A stretch of DNA of 64,000 nt from an uncultured Anaerolineales bacterium (lineage in GTDB: Bacteria; Chloroflexota; Anaerolineae; CG2-30-64-16). The stretch lies in assembly GCA_964588925.1 (NCBI GenBank), contig CAZPTI010000001.1, forward strand, positions 26,933 through 90,932, given 5' to 3'. Position numbers and translations under genes: made by a program. Positions 45,354 to 54,201 of this stretch are shown here, in pieces; within the stretch, counting starts at the first letter, position 1; every line of letters begins with the position of its first letter. The notes under the pieces were generated by a model. That model was not told the origin of the DNA. It did no database searches and saw only the letters and a program-made list of their open reading frames with translations.

Positions 45354-47324
45354 ATGAAGTCACTATTCGGAGGGCCGGTCCGGGGCCACGTCCAGGTTGA
45401 GCTGCTCTCAGCCTATCTGGACGGACAGACCTCTCCGGCCGAGCGAGCGACCATCGACGCGCACTTGCAGCAGTGCGGAGCGTGCCAGGCCGAGCTGGAA
45501 AGCCTGCGCCGCACCGTCTCCCTGCTGAAAGCGATGCCCCGCGTTGTCGTGCCGCGCGCATTCACCTTATCGGAAGCGCAAGTCGGCGTCCGCCGCACCG
45601 AACCTGCCCCCAACTGGTTCGGCGGGCTGGCGCGCGGCCTCGGCGCGGTGGCGGCCGTTTTGGTCGTCGCGCTCGTGGCCTTTGCGGTCTTGCGCCCCCA
45701 GAACGCGCCGTGGAATCCAGACCAGACTGTTGCGCGCATGTCTGAGCCCACGACGGCAGCGGTTGTGACGCAAACGGCGGAGCAACCTGTCGAATCAGGC
45801 CCTGCTATGGCGGCTGCGCCTCCGCCCGTTGCGCAAGCCGCGCCCACTACCCAGAGCTCAGCGCCTGCAGCAACCGAGGCCGCCGCGCCGGGAGCCGCGG
45901 CATTTGCCGCTGCGCCGACGCCTGAACCGGAAGCGCCCGCGCTGGCCGCAGCCGAAGCCGCGCCGACAGACGCAACCGCTGACGCAGCCGCTACACCTGC
46001 GCCCGAAGCAACCGCGACCGAAGAAGCGGTCATGGTCGCGAAGGCTGCGGGCACGCCGGAGCCGGAAATGGGCGCGGCTGCCGCGACCGGTCGGGGCGGT
46101 GGCGGCGGCATGGGCGGCGGCGGCGCAGGCGGACCGGGCATCCCGGCTGAGCACCTGACGCCCGAACCGACCCCGCCCGGCCAGCCGCTTGCGAACGCCG
46201 TGCCTACGGGAGTGCGCTTCGCCTATGCGGACCTGAACGCGCTGTGGGCGGTGGACCGTGACGGCGGCGCGCGGCAACTTGCGCAGGCGCGAGGGATCAA
46301 CTCGCCGCAGCTTTCGCCCGACCAGCAGTGGATCGCGTATCGGATCTACACGAACAGCGGCCTGCAACTGTGGGCCGTCCGCTTTGACGGCGGCGCGCCC
46401 AAGCTGCTGCTCGACGACGCGAATCTGCCGGCGGACAAACTGCCTGCGGGCTACACGCGGCGTGCGTTCAGCGACTCGCGCTGGGGGCCGGGGAGCAACA
46501 TCCTGTCGGTCACGCTGACCCTGGTGCCTGAGCCTGAGAAGCCGCTGCAACCGATCCTGGAACTGTGGCTGATCAACGTCGACACAGGCAACCTGAAGTT
46601 CTCGAATCAACTGGGCCGCGCATGGCGGCCCTTTTATTCGCCCGACGGCAGGCAGTACCTGACCGTGGCATATGGCAGCGAGGAGCAGCCGGACGGGACG
46701 ATCATGCTGTACGGAACGGAGGGCGGGAAGGCGACGACCCTTCTCACCTTTCCGGCCGGGCCCGGCAAGTTAGCGTACGACGCGCAGGTGGCATGGATCG
46801 ACAACTCGTCCGCATACATTGCGCTTCCCGTTGCGGACAACGGTCAGCCGATGCCGCCGAACGGAACCGAGATTTACCGGCTAAGCGGCGGACAGTTGCA
46901 AAAGATTGGCGACGTTGACGCGTATCTGGTTTACTGGTCGCCGGATGCGAGCAAGATGGCCTACACTCGCTTCGTGTCAGAGACGATGGCGACGAGCGAA
47001 CTGCACCTGGCAAACGCAGACGGCTCTGATCCCCAGTTGTACGAGACCACGACGGATGGGCAGTTCATCAGTTGGTCGCCTTCTGGCAAGCGATTCCTGT
47101 ATCAGGACAACTACCAGATTTTCGTCGGCGAGGCGGGAAAAGAGCCGGTGCGCATGGCAAACGGCGTCAGCATGGTCGGGCCGCGGTGGGTGTCCGATGA
47201 GAAGATCGCCGCGTTCCACGACCTGGGCGACGCGTGGCTGCTAACGCTGCGCGACGTGAACGGCGAGGCGGTCAGCCTGCTGCCATTGCCGCGCGAGGCG
47301 ATGTGGGATGTGGTCGCGCGGTAG
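45354..47324 (+). CDS. Anti-sigma factor (zf-HC2) with a TM helix, an Ala/Pro-rich linker and a C-terminal TolB-like beta-propeller
   Basis: HLQQCGACQAELESL (HxxxCxxC), TM helix AVAAVLVVALVAFAVL, and C-terminal repeats with SPDQQWIAY, SPDGRQYL, SPDASKMAY and SPSGKRFLY. Confidence 0.8.
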   Translation: MKSLFGGPVRGHVQVELLSAYLDGQTSPAERATIDAHLQQCGACQAELESLRRTVSLLKAMPRVVVPRAFTLSEAQVGVRRTEPAPNWFGGLARGLGAVAAVLVVALVAFAVLRPQNAPWNPDQTVARMSEPTTAAVVTQTAEQPVESGPAMAAAPPPVAQAAPTTQSSAPAATEAAAPGAAAFAAAPTPEPEAPALAAAEAAPTDATADAAATPAPEATATEEAVMVAKAAGTPEPEMGAAAATGRGGGGGMGGGGAGGPGIPAEHLTPEPTPPGQPLANAVPTGVRFAYADLNALWAVDRDGGARQLAQARGINSPQLSPDQQWIAYRIYTNSGLQLWAVRFDGGAPKLLLDDANLPADKLPAGYTRRAFSDSRWGPGSNILSVTLTLVPEPEKPLQPILELWLINVDTGNLKFSNQLGRAWRPFYSPDGRQYLTVAYGSEEQPDGTIMLYGTEGGKATTLLTFPAGPGKLAYDAQVAWIDNSSAYIALPVADNGQPMPPNGTEIYRLSGGQLQKIGDVDAYLVYWSPDASKMAYTRFVSETMATSELHLANADGSDPQLYETTTDGQFISWSPSGKRFLYQDNYQIFVGEAGKEPVRMANGVSMVGPRWVSDEKIAAFHDLGDAWLLTLRDVNGEAVSLLPLPREAMWDVVAR

Positions 47325-47340
47325 CTGATAAGGATTTCGC

Positions 47341-47388
47341 AGCCGGTGGGCGCGTCTCGCGATGCTCCACCGGCCTTTTTGTTTTTTC
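47341..47388 (+). terminator. Rho-independent terminator after the anti-sigma gene
   Basis: 8-bp stem GCCGGUGG/CCACCGGC with a 17-nt loop, followed by CUUUUUGUUUUUUC. Confidence 0.7.
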
Positions 47389-47402
47389 TAGGCTGAGGAC
47401 TC

Positions 47403-48272
47403 ATGCCTGAACTACCCGAAGTAGAAACCGTCGCTCACGACCTGCGAGGGCAACTCGTGGGTCGTCGTTTTGTTTCCGCAGCCATCCTGTGGCCGCGCAC
47501 GCTGGCGATGCCTGGGGTGGAAGAAGTGGAAGCGCGATTGAGTGGCCGCGAAGTCATTAGCGTTGGCCGCCGCGGCAAGTACCTCCTGATGCACCTTGAC
47601 GACGGGCAGACACTCGTCGCGCACCTGCGAATGACAGGCCGCCTCTCCATCGTCCCCGGTGACAGCCCGCTGCTCGAAGACAAGCACACACGCGCCTGGT
47701 TTGGCCTGGCGGACGGCGAGGCGCTTGTCTTCAACGATTCGCGCAAGTTTGGTCGTATCTGGCTGGCGGAGCGGCTGGAGGACGTGGTCGGCAAGCTGGG
47801 GCCGGAACCGCTGGCGTGGGACTTGACGCCGCAGGACTTCGCCGCGCGCATCTGCCGCCGCAAAACCGCGCTCAAAGCGCTGCTGCTCGATCAGACGGTC
47901 GTTGCGGGCGTGGGCAACATCTATGCTGACGAAGCCTTGTTCCGCGCGGGCATCCATCCGCTGCGAAAAGCGTCCACGCTCACGGACGCGGAGGCCGGAA
48001 GGTTGTATGACGCGCTGCGAGAGGTGCTCAACGAGGCGATCAACAAGCGCGGCACGCTCCTGCGTGACTATCGCACGCCCTACGGCGAGGACGGTTACTT
48101 CCAGAATCACCTGCGCGTGTATGGACGGTACGGCAAGGCGTGCTCGCAGTGCGGGGAGCCTATCGAGCGCATCCGCGTGACCCAACGCAGCACCCATTTC
48201 TGCCCGAAGTGCCAACCAGACTCGTCGGGTTTCGGAGAACCTGACGGGCCTCGCTCATCATCAGAGGATTGA
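47403..48272 (+). CDS. mutM: Formamidopyrimidine-DNA glycosylase (Fpg/MutM)
   Basis: MPELPEVETV N-terminus, the H2TH region and the C-terminal zinc finger CSQCGEPIERIRVTQRSTHFCPKCQ. Confidence 0.95.
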   Translation: MPELPEVETVAHDLRGQLVGRRFVSAAILWPRTLAMPGVEEVEARLSGREVISVGRRGKYLLMHLDDGQTLVAHLRMTGRLSIVPGDSPLLEDKHTRAWFGLADGEALVFNDSRKFGRIWLAERLEDVVGKLGPEPLAWDLTPQDFAARICRRKTALKALLLDQTVVAGVGNIYADEALFRAGIHPLRKASTLTDAEAGRLYDALREVLNEAINKRGTLLRDYRTPYGEDGYFQNHLRVYGRYGKACSQCGEPIERIRVTQRSTHFCPKCQPDSSGFGEPDGPRSSSED

Positions 48273-49894
48273 TGCAAACCGATCTCCCTCAACCACGCGC
48301 GCCCCGACTGTGGGCGCCGACCCTCATCGTCTTCATCTCCAGCGCGTGCATCATGGTGCTGGAACTGGTCGCCGGACGTATGGTCGCGCCTTACGTTGGC
48401 GTGTCACTCTATACGTGGACCAGCATCATCGGCGTGATCCTGGCCGGCATCAGCCTCGGCAACTATCTCGGCGGCAAGCTGGCGGACCGCTGGGCGTCGA
48501 CGCGGCTGCTCAGCCTGCTCTTCCTGCTTGCGGGGCTGACCAGCATCGGCGTGCTGCTGGTTGACCGGCTCGGCGGCATCCTGCCCGACTCCTGGCCGAT
48601 GGTTGTCCGCATTATCGCGCTCGTGGCTGCGGTGTTCTTTATTCCTGCGGTCATCCTGGGGACGGTCTCGCCGGTCGTTACAAAACTCGCGGTGCGCGAC
48701 CTTGCCAGCACCGGCAGCACGGTCGGGCGCATCTCGGCCGCGGGCACGGTTGGTAGCATCGTCGGCACCTTTGCCACCGGCTTCGTGCTCATCGCCTGGT
48801 TCGGCACGCACGCCATCGTGTGGGGTGTGGCGGTCATCCTCCTGCTCATGGCGCTCGGCTTCTTCGTCGCCGGCACGGCCACGCGCAGCCGAGTTGTCGC
48901 AGCCGTGCTGGGCCTTGCGCTCATCGGCGGGGCCACCGCGGTGGCTACTGCGGAGGGATGGACGAAATCGCGCTGCTCGCTGGAGACAAACTACTTCTGC
49001 ATCAACGTGCGCGAGGATGAGCGCGAGGGCGCGCCCGTCCGCATCCTCATCCTTGACCGCCTTGTCCACTCCTACAGCGACCTGAATGACCCGACGAAAC
49101 TGGTGTATGGCTACGAGAAAGTGTACGCCGAAGCGACCGAGTATCAGAGCGTCAAACATGACGATATGTCCGCGCTCTTCATCGGCGGCGGTGGCTACAC
49201 GTTTCCGCGCTACATGGAAGCGGTCTATCCGGGCAGCGCGCTCGACGTGATCGAGATCGACCCGGGTGTGACTGAGACAGCGTACCAGTTGCTCGGCCTG
49301 AGTCGCGACACGCAAATCCGCTCCTTCAATGAGGACGCGCGCATGTACCTCGAACGCGAACCAGACCGGCAATACCGGCTCATCATGGGCGACGCGTTCA
49401 ACGACTACTCCGTGCCGTACCATCTGACCACGCGCGAATTTAACGAACGCGTGAAGGCGTGGCTGGCGGACGATGGGCTGTATATGGTCAACCTGATTGA
49501 TGGGCCGCGGCGCGACTTCCTCCGCGCGTACGTCCACACACTCAAGGAGTCTTTTGACCACGTCTATGTCGTGCCCGCGTTTGGCAGTTGGCGCGAATCG
49601 CCGCGCGTCACGTTCGTGCTCCTCGCCTCACAGCAGCCGCTGGACCTGGAGCAGTTCAAGCAGATCGACGCGGGCGACGGCGACCACGCGATCACGCGGC
49701 TGATTCTGCCGGATGCGGAAGTCGACAAAATCCTCGGCGAAGGTCGCCTCGTCACGCTCACCGACCAGTATGCGCCGGTTGATCAGATGCTGGCGCCGGT
49801 GGCGCGCGGGGAAGTCGCGCGGCCTGATTCGCCCTCGCCCACAGGCGCGCCGGCGTCGGGCGCAGCGCCCGCGCGGACTACGCAGCCGCAATGA
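48272..49894 (+). CDS. Spermidine-synthase-like (polyamine aminopropyltransferase family) protein with an N-terminal multi-TM domain
   Basis: About 7 TM helices, then LFIGGGGYTFPRY, VIEIDPGVTE and GDAFND. ATG 48272 overlaps the mutM TGA by 1 nt; TTG 48269 is an alternative start. Confidence 0.8.
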   Translation: MQTDLPQPRAPRLWAPTLIVFISSACIMVLELVAGRMVAPYVGVSLYTWTSIIGVILAGISLGNYLGGKLADRWASTRLLSLLFLLAGLTSIGVLLVDRLGGILPDSWPMVVRIIALVAAVFFIPAVILGTVSPVVTKLAVRDLASTGSTVGRISAAGTVGSIVGTFATGFVLIAWFGTHAIVWGVAVILLLMALGFFVAGTATRSRVVAAVLGLALIGGATAVATAEGWTKSRCSLETNYFCINVREDEREGAPVRILILDRLVHSYSDLNDPTKLVYGYEKVYAEATEYQSVKHDDMSALFIGGGGYTFPRYMEAVYPGSALDVIEIDPGVTETAYQLLGLSRDTQIRSFNEDARMYLEREPDRQYRLIMGDAFNDYSVPYHLTTREFNERVKAWLADDGLYMVNLIDGPRRDFLRAYVHTLKESFDHVYVVPAFGSWRESPRVTFVLLASQQPLDLEQFKQIDAGDGDHAITRLILPDAEVDKILGEGRLVTLTDQYAPVDQMLAPVARGEVARPDSPSPTGAPASGAAPARTTQPQ

Positions 49895-50787
49895 AAGTCT
49901 TCTACTGCGACCACTTCACCTACCCGCTGCCGCCCGGCCACCGCTTTCCCGCGGCAAAGTACACGATGCTGCGCGAGCGCGTGGCGCGCGAGCTGGGCGA
50001 CCGCTGCGAAATGGTGGTCCCGGAAGGGGCCACCGACGAGCAACTGCGCCTTGTCCACGAGCCTGCCTATTTGGAGAAGGTGTTCACCGGGACGTTGAGC
50101 GTAAAGGAGGTGCGGCGGATCGGGCTGCCGTGGTCGCCGGAACTGGTGGAGCGGTGCAGGCGGTCGGTGGGGAGCACGGTGGAAGCGTGTCGCGCGGCGC
50201 TTGAGGAGGGGCTGGCGGTCAGCCTGACCGGCGGCACGCATCATGCGTTTGCCGACCGCGGCGAGGGCTTCTGCGTGTTCAACGACTGCGCGGTAGCCGC
50301 GCGCGTCGCGCAAAGCGAGGGCCGCAGTCAGCGATTGGTCATTATCGACTGCGACGCGCACCAGGGCAACGGCACCGCCGCGATCATGGCGAACGACCCT
50401 ACGGTCTACACCTTCTCCATGCACGGCGCGAAGAACTTCCCGTTTCACAAAGAGCGGAGCGACTGCGACGTAGAGTTGCCGGACGGCGCAAGCGATGCCA
50501 TGTTCCTCGACCTGCTCGACGCCGCGCTCGACCGCGTCCTGCCCGCCGCGCGCGCCGACCTCGCCGTTTACCTAGCGGGTGCGGACGCTTATGCGGGCGA
50601 CAGCCTCGGCAGGCTCGGCGTGACGAAAGCCGGCCTCGCCGCGCGCGACCGGCTCGTCTTTGAGCGGTGTCGCGAGGCCGGATTGCCCGTCGCGGTCGTG
50701 ATGGGCGGAGGGTACGCGCGGCGGCTGGAAGACACCGTTGACATTCAGTTCGCGACGGTCGCGACTGCGTTGAGCTATTCCGTATGA
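49891..50787 (+). CDS. Histone deacetylase-family amidohydrolase (acetylpolyamine/acetoin-utilisation type)
   Basis: GGTHHAFADRGEGFCVFND, IIDCDAHQGNGT and MGGGY. ATGA overlap with the upstream gene. Confidence 0.85.
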   Translation: MKVFYCDHFTYPLPPGHRFPAAKYTMLRERVARELGDRCEMVVPEGATDEQLRLVHEPAYLEKVFTGTLSVKEVRRIGLPWSPELVERCRRSVGSTVEACRAALEEGLAVSLTGGTHHAFADRGEGFCVFNDCAVAARVAQSEGRSQRLVIIDCDAHQGNGTAAIMANDPTVYTFSMHGAKNFPFHKERSDCDVELPDGASDAMFLDLLDAALDRVLPAARADLAVYLAGADAYAGDSLGRLGVTKAGLAARDRLVFERCREAGLPVAVVMGGGYARRLEDTVDIQFATVATALSYSV

Positions 50788-51851
50788 AAACCTTTAAGCG
50801 TCTGCTCGTCGTCCTCGCCTGGATGATCTCCGGCGCGGCCGCCTACCTTTTCTTTCTCAACCGCATCCTCATTCAGTCGCGCGACAAGCGCCTGAAGAGC
50901 TTTATGATTCGCGGCGGCGGTCTGCTCTCTGTCGGTACCAGTGCGGCAATTGGCTGGCGCACCGGGTTAAGCCGATGGATGGTTGTGCCCGCTGTGGGAT
51001 TGGTCGTGACAGTTGCGGGCGAGGCGCGGCGGCTGGCGCTCCGCGCGCGTCATGCCGGCGCGCCGCCGGTGCGCGAAGAGGGGCCGCGCCTCTCGCTCGC
51101 CAGGCCGAACACCACGACCGACCTTGTCCTCCGTTTCTACGAGACACGCGTCGAAGGATGGCGCGGGCCGCGCGTGCGCGTCGCGCACATCAGCGACTTT
51201 CACCTCAACCATCATCTGCCGCTCGAGTACTTCACCGATGCGCTGCGTCGGGTGGCCGCCACCGAACCCGATTTCATCTTTTTCACCGGTGACTTCATCA
51301 CCCGCGCGAAGTTTGTGCCGCTGATCCGCGCGGTTCTCCCGCTGGCAAAGGGCAGGTTGGGCACGTTCGGCGTGATCGGCAACCACGACCGCTGGGCCGA
51401 CATTGACGAAGTGCGCGCCGCGGCGCGCGCGGCCGGCATCCGCATGCTCGGCTCGACATTCGTTCATCTGCCGCTGGAAGACGGCTCCGCGGTTCGCATC
51501 GCGGGCTACGAGCATCCGTGGAACATCGGCCCGGCGGATATTCCCGCGTCGTCCGGCGCGGGCGAGTTACTTCTCGTCCTCACCCACACGCCCGACAATA
51601 TCCCCAGACTCCAGGGCCGCGGCATCGACGCGGTCTTCGCGGGCCACTATCACGGCGGTCAGATGCGGCTGCCCGGCCTGGGCGCGCTCGTCGTGCCGTC
51701 AAAATACGGGCGACAGTACGACCACGGTCACTTCGTCTTCGGCCGCACGCACCTCTTCGTCACGTCGGGCGTAGGGTCTGCGGAGCCGCCCATTCGGGTC
51801 TGGTGTCCGCCGGACGCGTTGATCGTTGACTTCCTGCCGGAAGGTGGTTGA
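50784..51851 (+). CDS. Membrane-anchored metallophosphoesterase (YaeI-like)
   Basis: N-terminal TM helices, then HISDFHLN, FFTGDFI, GNHD and AGHYHGG. ATGA overlap with the upstream gene. Confidence 0.85.
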   Translation: MKTFKRLLVVLAWMISGAAAYLFFLNRILIQSRDKRLKSFMIRGGGLLSVGTSAAIGWRTGLSRWMVVPAVGLVVTVAGEARRLALRARHAGAPPVREEGPRLSLARPNTTTDLVLRFYETRVEGWRGPRVRVAHISDFHLNHHLPLEYFTDALRRVAATEPDFIFFTGDFITRAKFVPLIRAVLPLAKGRLGTFGVIGNHDRWADIDEVRAAARAAGIRMLGSTFVHLPLEDGSAVRIAGYEHPWNIGPADIPASSGAGELLLVLTHTPDNIPRLQGRGIDAVFAGHYHGGQMRLPGLGALVVPSKYGRQYDHGHFVFGRTHLFVTSGVGSAEPPIRVWCPPDALIVDFLPEGG

Positions 51852-51853
51852 CG

Positions 51854-52510
51854 ATGCCCCCCTTGCGCGTGCTGATCGTTGCCGAAGACCCACTCGCGCG
51901 GGCCGGACTCGCTGCGCTGCTTGCCGCTGAGGAAGAGGTAGTCGTTGTGGGCCGGGCGGCGCCAGCGGAAGACCTGGCCGCCACCGCGGACGCGCTCCAG
52001 CCGGACGTGATCGCGTGGGACATGGGCTGGCAGAGTGGTGTCGCGCTAACGCGCATTGCCGATTCCGCGCTGGAGATTCCCGCCCTCGCGCTCATCTCCG
52101 AGGAAGATGATGCGCACGCAGCGCTCAACGCAGGAGCATCCGGCGCGATCCGGCGCGATTCCGGCGCCGCGCGCATTGCCGCCGCGTTGCTCGCTATCGC
52201 GGAACGCATGATCGTCCTGGATGCCGAATTCAGCCGCGCGCTGGAGCGCCCCCGTCCGCCTCGACTCTCCCCCGACCTGAGTTTGCGCCCTGAGAACGAA
52301 CCTCCGTTGCTTGAAGAACTTACGGCGCGCGAGCTGGAAGTGCTCCGTCTCCTTGCCGAGGGCTTGCCGAACAAGACCATCGCGCAGCGGCTCGACATCA
52401 GCGAGCACACAGTCAAGTTTCACGTCAACTCGCTGCTCGGCAAGCTGGGTGCGGGCAGCCGCACGGAGGCTGTCGTCCGCGCCACCCGCCTGGGTTTGAT
52501 CCTCCTGTAA
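51854..52510 (+). CDS. LuxR/NarL-family response regulator (atypical receiver)
   Basis: Receiver-like VLIVAEDPLARAGL...PDVIAWDM. The C-terminal HTH is LTARELEVLRLLAEGLPNKTIAQRLDISEHTVKFHVNSLLGKLG. ATG 51854 lies 6 nt after AAGGTGG. Confidence 0.8.
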   Translation: MPPLRVLIVAEDPLARAGLAALLAAEEEVVVVGRAAPAEDLAATADALQPDVIAWDMGWQSGVALTRIADSALEIPALALISEEDDAHAALNAGASGAIRRDSGAARIAAALLAIAERMIVLDAEFSRALERPRPPRLSPDLSLRPENEPPLLEELTARELEVLRLLAEGLPNKTIAQRLDISEHTVKFHVNSLLGKLGAGSRTEAVVRATRLGLILL

Positions 52511-52625
52511 TCCGCTTTCCGCTCACCTAACCGTTTTATCAGGTCGCTTCCTGCCCGGACAGGCGATGCGCCGCGCCTCCCAGCCGAGGTACCATGCGGT
52601 CAATCAATCGGGATGGAGGCAACTC

Positions 52626-53522
52626 ATGGCATCGGAAGTATTGACTGCATTCTCCGACGCGCTGGCGTCGGCAGTGGAAACCGCAGGGCCGAGCATCGTC
52701 CGCGTGGAAGGGCGACGCCGCCTGCCCGCGACCGGCGTGGTCTGGTCTGCGAACGGACTAATCGTTACCGCGCATCACGTCGTCGAACGCGACGACAACA
52801 TCGGCATCGGACTGGCGGATGGCCGAACGGTCACGGCGACCCTTGTGGGCCGCGACCCGACGACCGATCTTGCGCTCCTCCGCGCGCCGATTCAGGGGCT
52901 GACCGCGCCTTCGTGGGTGGACGGTTCGGCTCTCAAAGTCGGGCATATGGCGCTGGCGCTCGGCCGGCCGGGACAAAGCGTCATGGCGACGCTCGGCATC
53001 GTCAGCGCGCTCAAGAAGGAGTGGCGCACGCCGGCGGGCGGACAGTTCGACTATTACTTGCAGACCGACGCGCTCATGTATCCGGGCTTCTCCGGGGGGC
53101 CGCTCGTGGACGTCTCGGGCCGCTTCCTCGGCCTCAACACGTCGGCCATGCTGCGCGACGTGACACTGACCATTCCCGCCGGGACGATTCGACGCGTGGC
53201 TGAGGCGCTCGCCGCGCATGGCCGCGTGAAGCGCGGGTACCTGGGCGTGGGCGCGCAGACCGTGCGCCTGCCGAAGGCCGTCGCGGAGCAGGTGGGGCAG
53301 TCCACCGGCTTGCTGCTCGGCTCGGTGGAGGCCGACAGCCCCGCGGAGCGCAGCGGCCTTTTCATGGGCGACACGCTGCTCAGCCTCGACGGTCAGGGCA
53401 CAGCCGACCTGGACGACCTGCTGGCCCTGCTCACCGGCGACCGCGTCGGCAAGACGGTCCCCGCGCGCATCCTCCGCGGCGGCCAGGTGACTGAGGTCAA
53501 GGTAACGGTCGGCGAGCAGTAA
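52626..53522 (+). CDS. S1C (HtrA-like) serine protease with a PDZ domain and no signal peptide
   Basis: Catalytic triad contexts TAHHV, DLALL and GFSGGPLVD. PDZ region GLLLGSVEADSPAERSGLFMGDTLLSLDG. ATG 52626 lies 6 nt after GGAGG. Confidence 0.8.
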   Translation: MASEVLTAFSDALASAVETAGPSIVRVEGRRRLPATGVVWSANGLIVTAHHVVERDDNIGIGLADGRTVTATLVGRDPTTDLALLRAPIQGLTAPSWVDGSALKVGHMALALGRPGQSVMATLGIVSALKKEWRTPAGGQFDYYLQTDALMYPGFSGGPLVDVSGRFLGLNTSAMLRDVTLTIPAGTIRRVAEALAAHGRVKRGYLGVGAQTVRLPKAVAEQVGQSTGLLLGSVEADSPAERSGLFMGDTLLSLDGQGTADLDDLLALLTGDRVGKTVPARILRGGQVTEVKVTVGEQ

Positions 53523-53557
53523 CCCAAGTTCGCAACGGACGTTACAGGGGGTTGGAC

Positions 53558-54145
53558 ATGGACAAGGTGTTGAGCGCGCAAACAGAAAGCGCGGACGTTA
53601 TCGACAACGTATTGAAAAGTCTGGCGCAGGTGAGAAATGGCCGCCGCGGCGCGGGCGCAGGAACCATCTGGCATCCCAAAGGGCTGATCGTGACGAATGC
53701 GCACGTGGCGGGGCGTGGACCGCTCAAGGTGGAGTTGCAGGACGGCCGCGCGTTCGATGCGGAAATCCTCGCCGTCGATCGTGAGCGCGACCTGGCTGCG
53801 CTGCGCATCGCAGCGGAAGACCTGCCGACGATCCAGCTGGCCGACTCGCGCGCGGTGCGCCCCGGCCAGTGGGTGATGGCGGTGGGGCATCCTTATGGCA
53901 TCATCGGTTCCGCGACGGGTGGCGTGGTCATTGGCATGGGCCGCCAGTGGCCGGAGATGCCGCCGGCGAAGCGCGACTGGCTCGTCGTGGGGCTGCATAT
54001 GCGGCCGGGTCATTCCGGCGGACCGTTAGTGGACGTGCGCGGGCGGCTACTGGGAATTAACACTATGATCAATGGCCCCGACGTTGGCTTCGCGATTCCA
54101 ACGCACGTAGTGGTGGAGTTCCTGAAGGGGATGGTGGGGAAGTAA
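53558..54145 (+). CDS. S1-family trypsin-like serine protease (no PDZ, no signal peptide)
   Basis: TNAHV, DLAAL and GHSGGPLVD. ATG 53558 follows CAGGGGG. Confidence 0.75.
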   Translation: MDKVLSAQTESADVIDNVLKSLAQVRNGRRGAGAGTIWHPKGLIVTNAHVAGRGPLKVELQDGRAFDAEILAVDRERDLAALRIAAEDLPTIQLADSRAVRPGQWVMAVGHPYGIIGSATGGVVIGMGRQWPEMPPAKRDWLVVGLHMRPGHSGGPLVDVRGRLLGINTMINGPDVGFAIPTHVVVEFLKGMVGK

Positions 54146-54160
54146 GCGGCCAACAATAAA

Positions 54161-54193
54161 AGACCCGACGGGTTCTGGTAACCCATCGGGTCT
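54161..54193 (-). terminator. Rho-independent terminator after the secreted protease gene
   Basis: 14-bp stem with one mismatch, AGACCCGAUGGGUU/AACCCGUCGGGUCU on the minus strand, followed by UUUUAUUGUUG. Confidence 0.75.
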
Positions 54194-54201
54194 CTTGCTC
54201 C

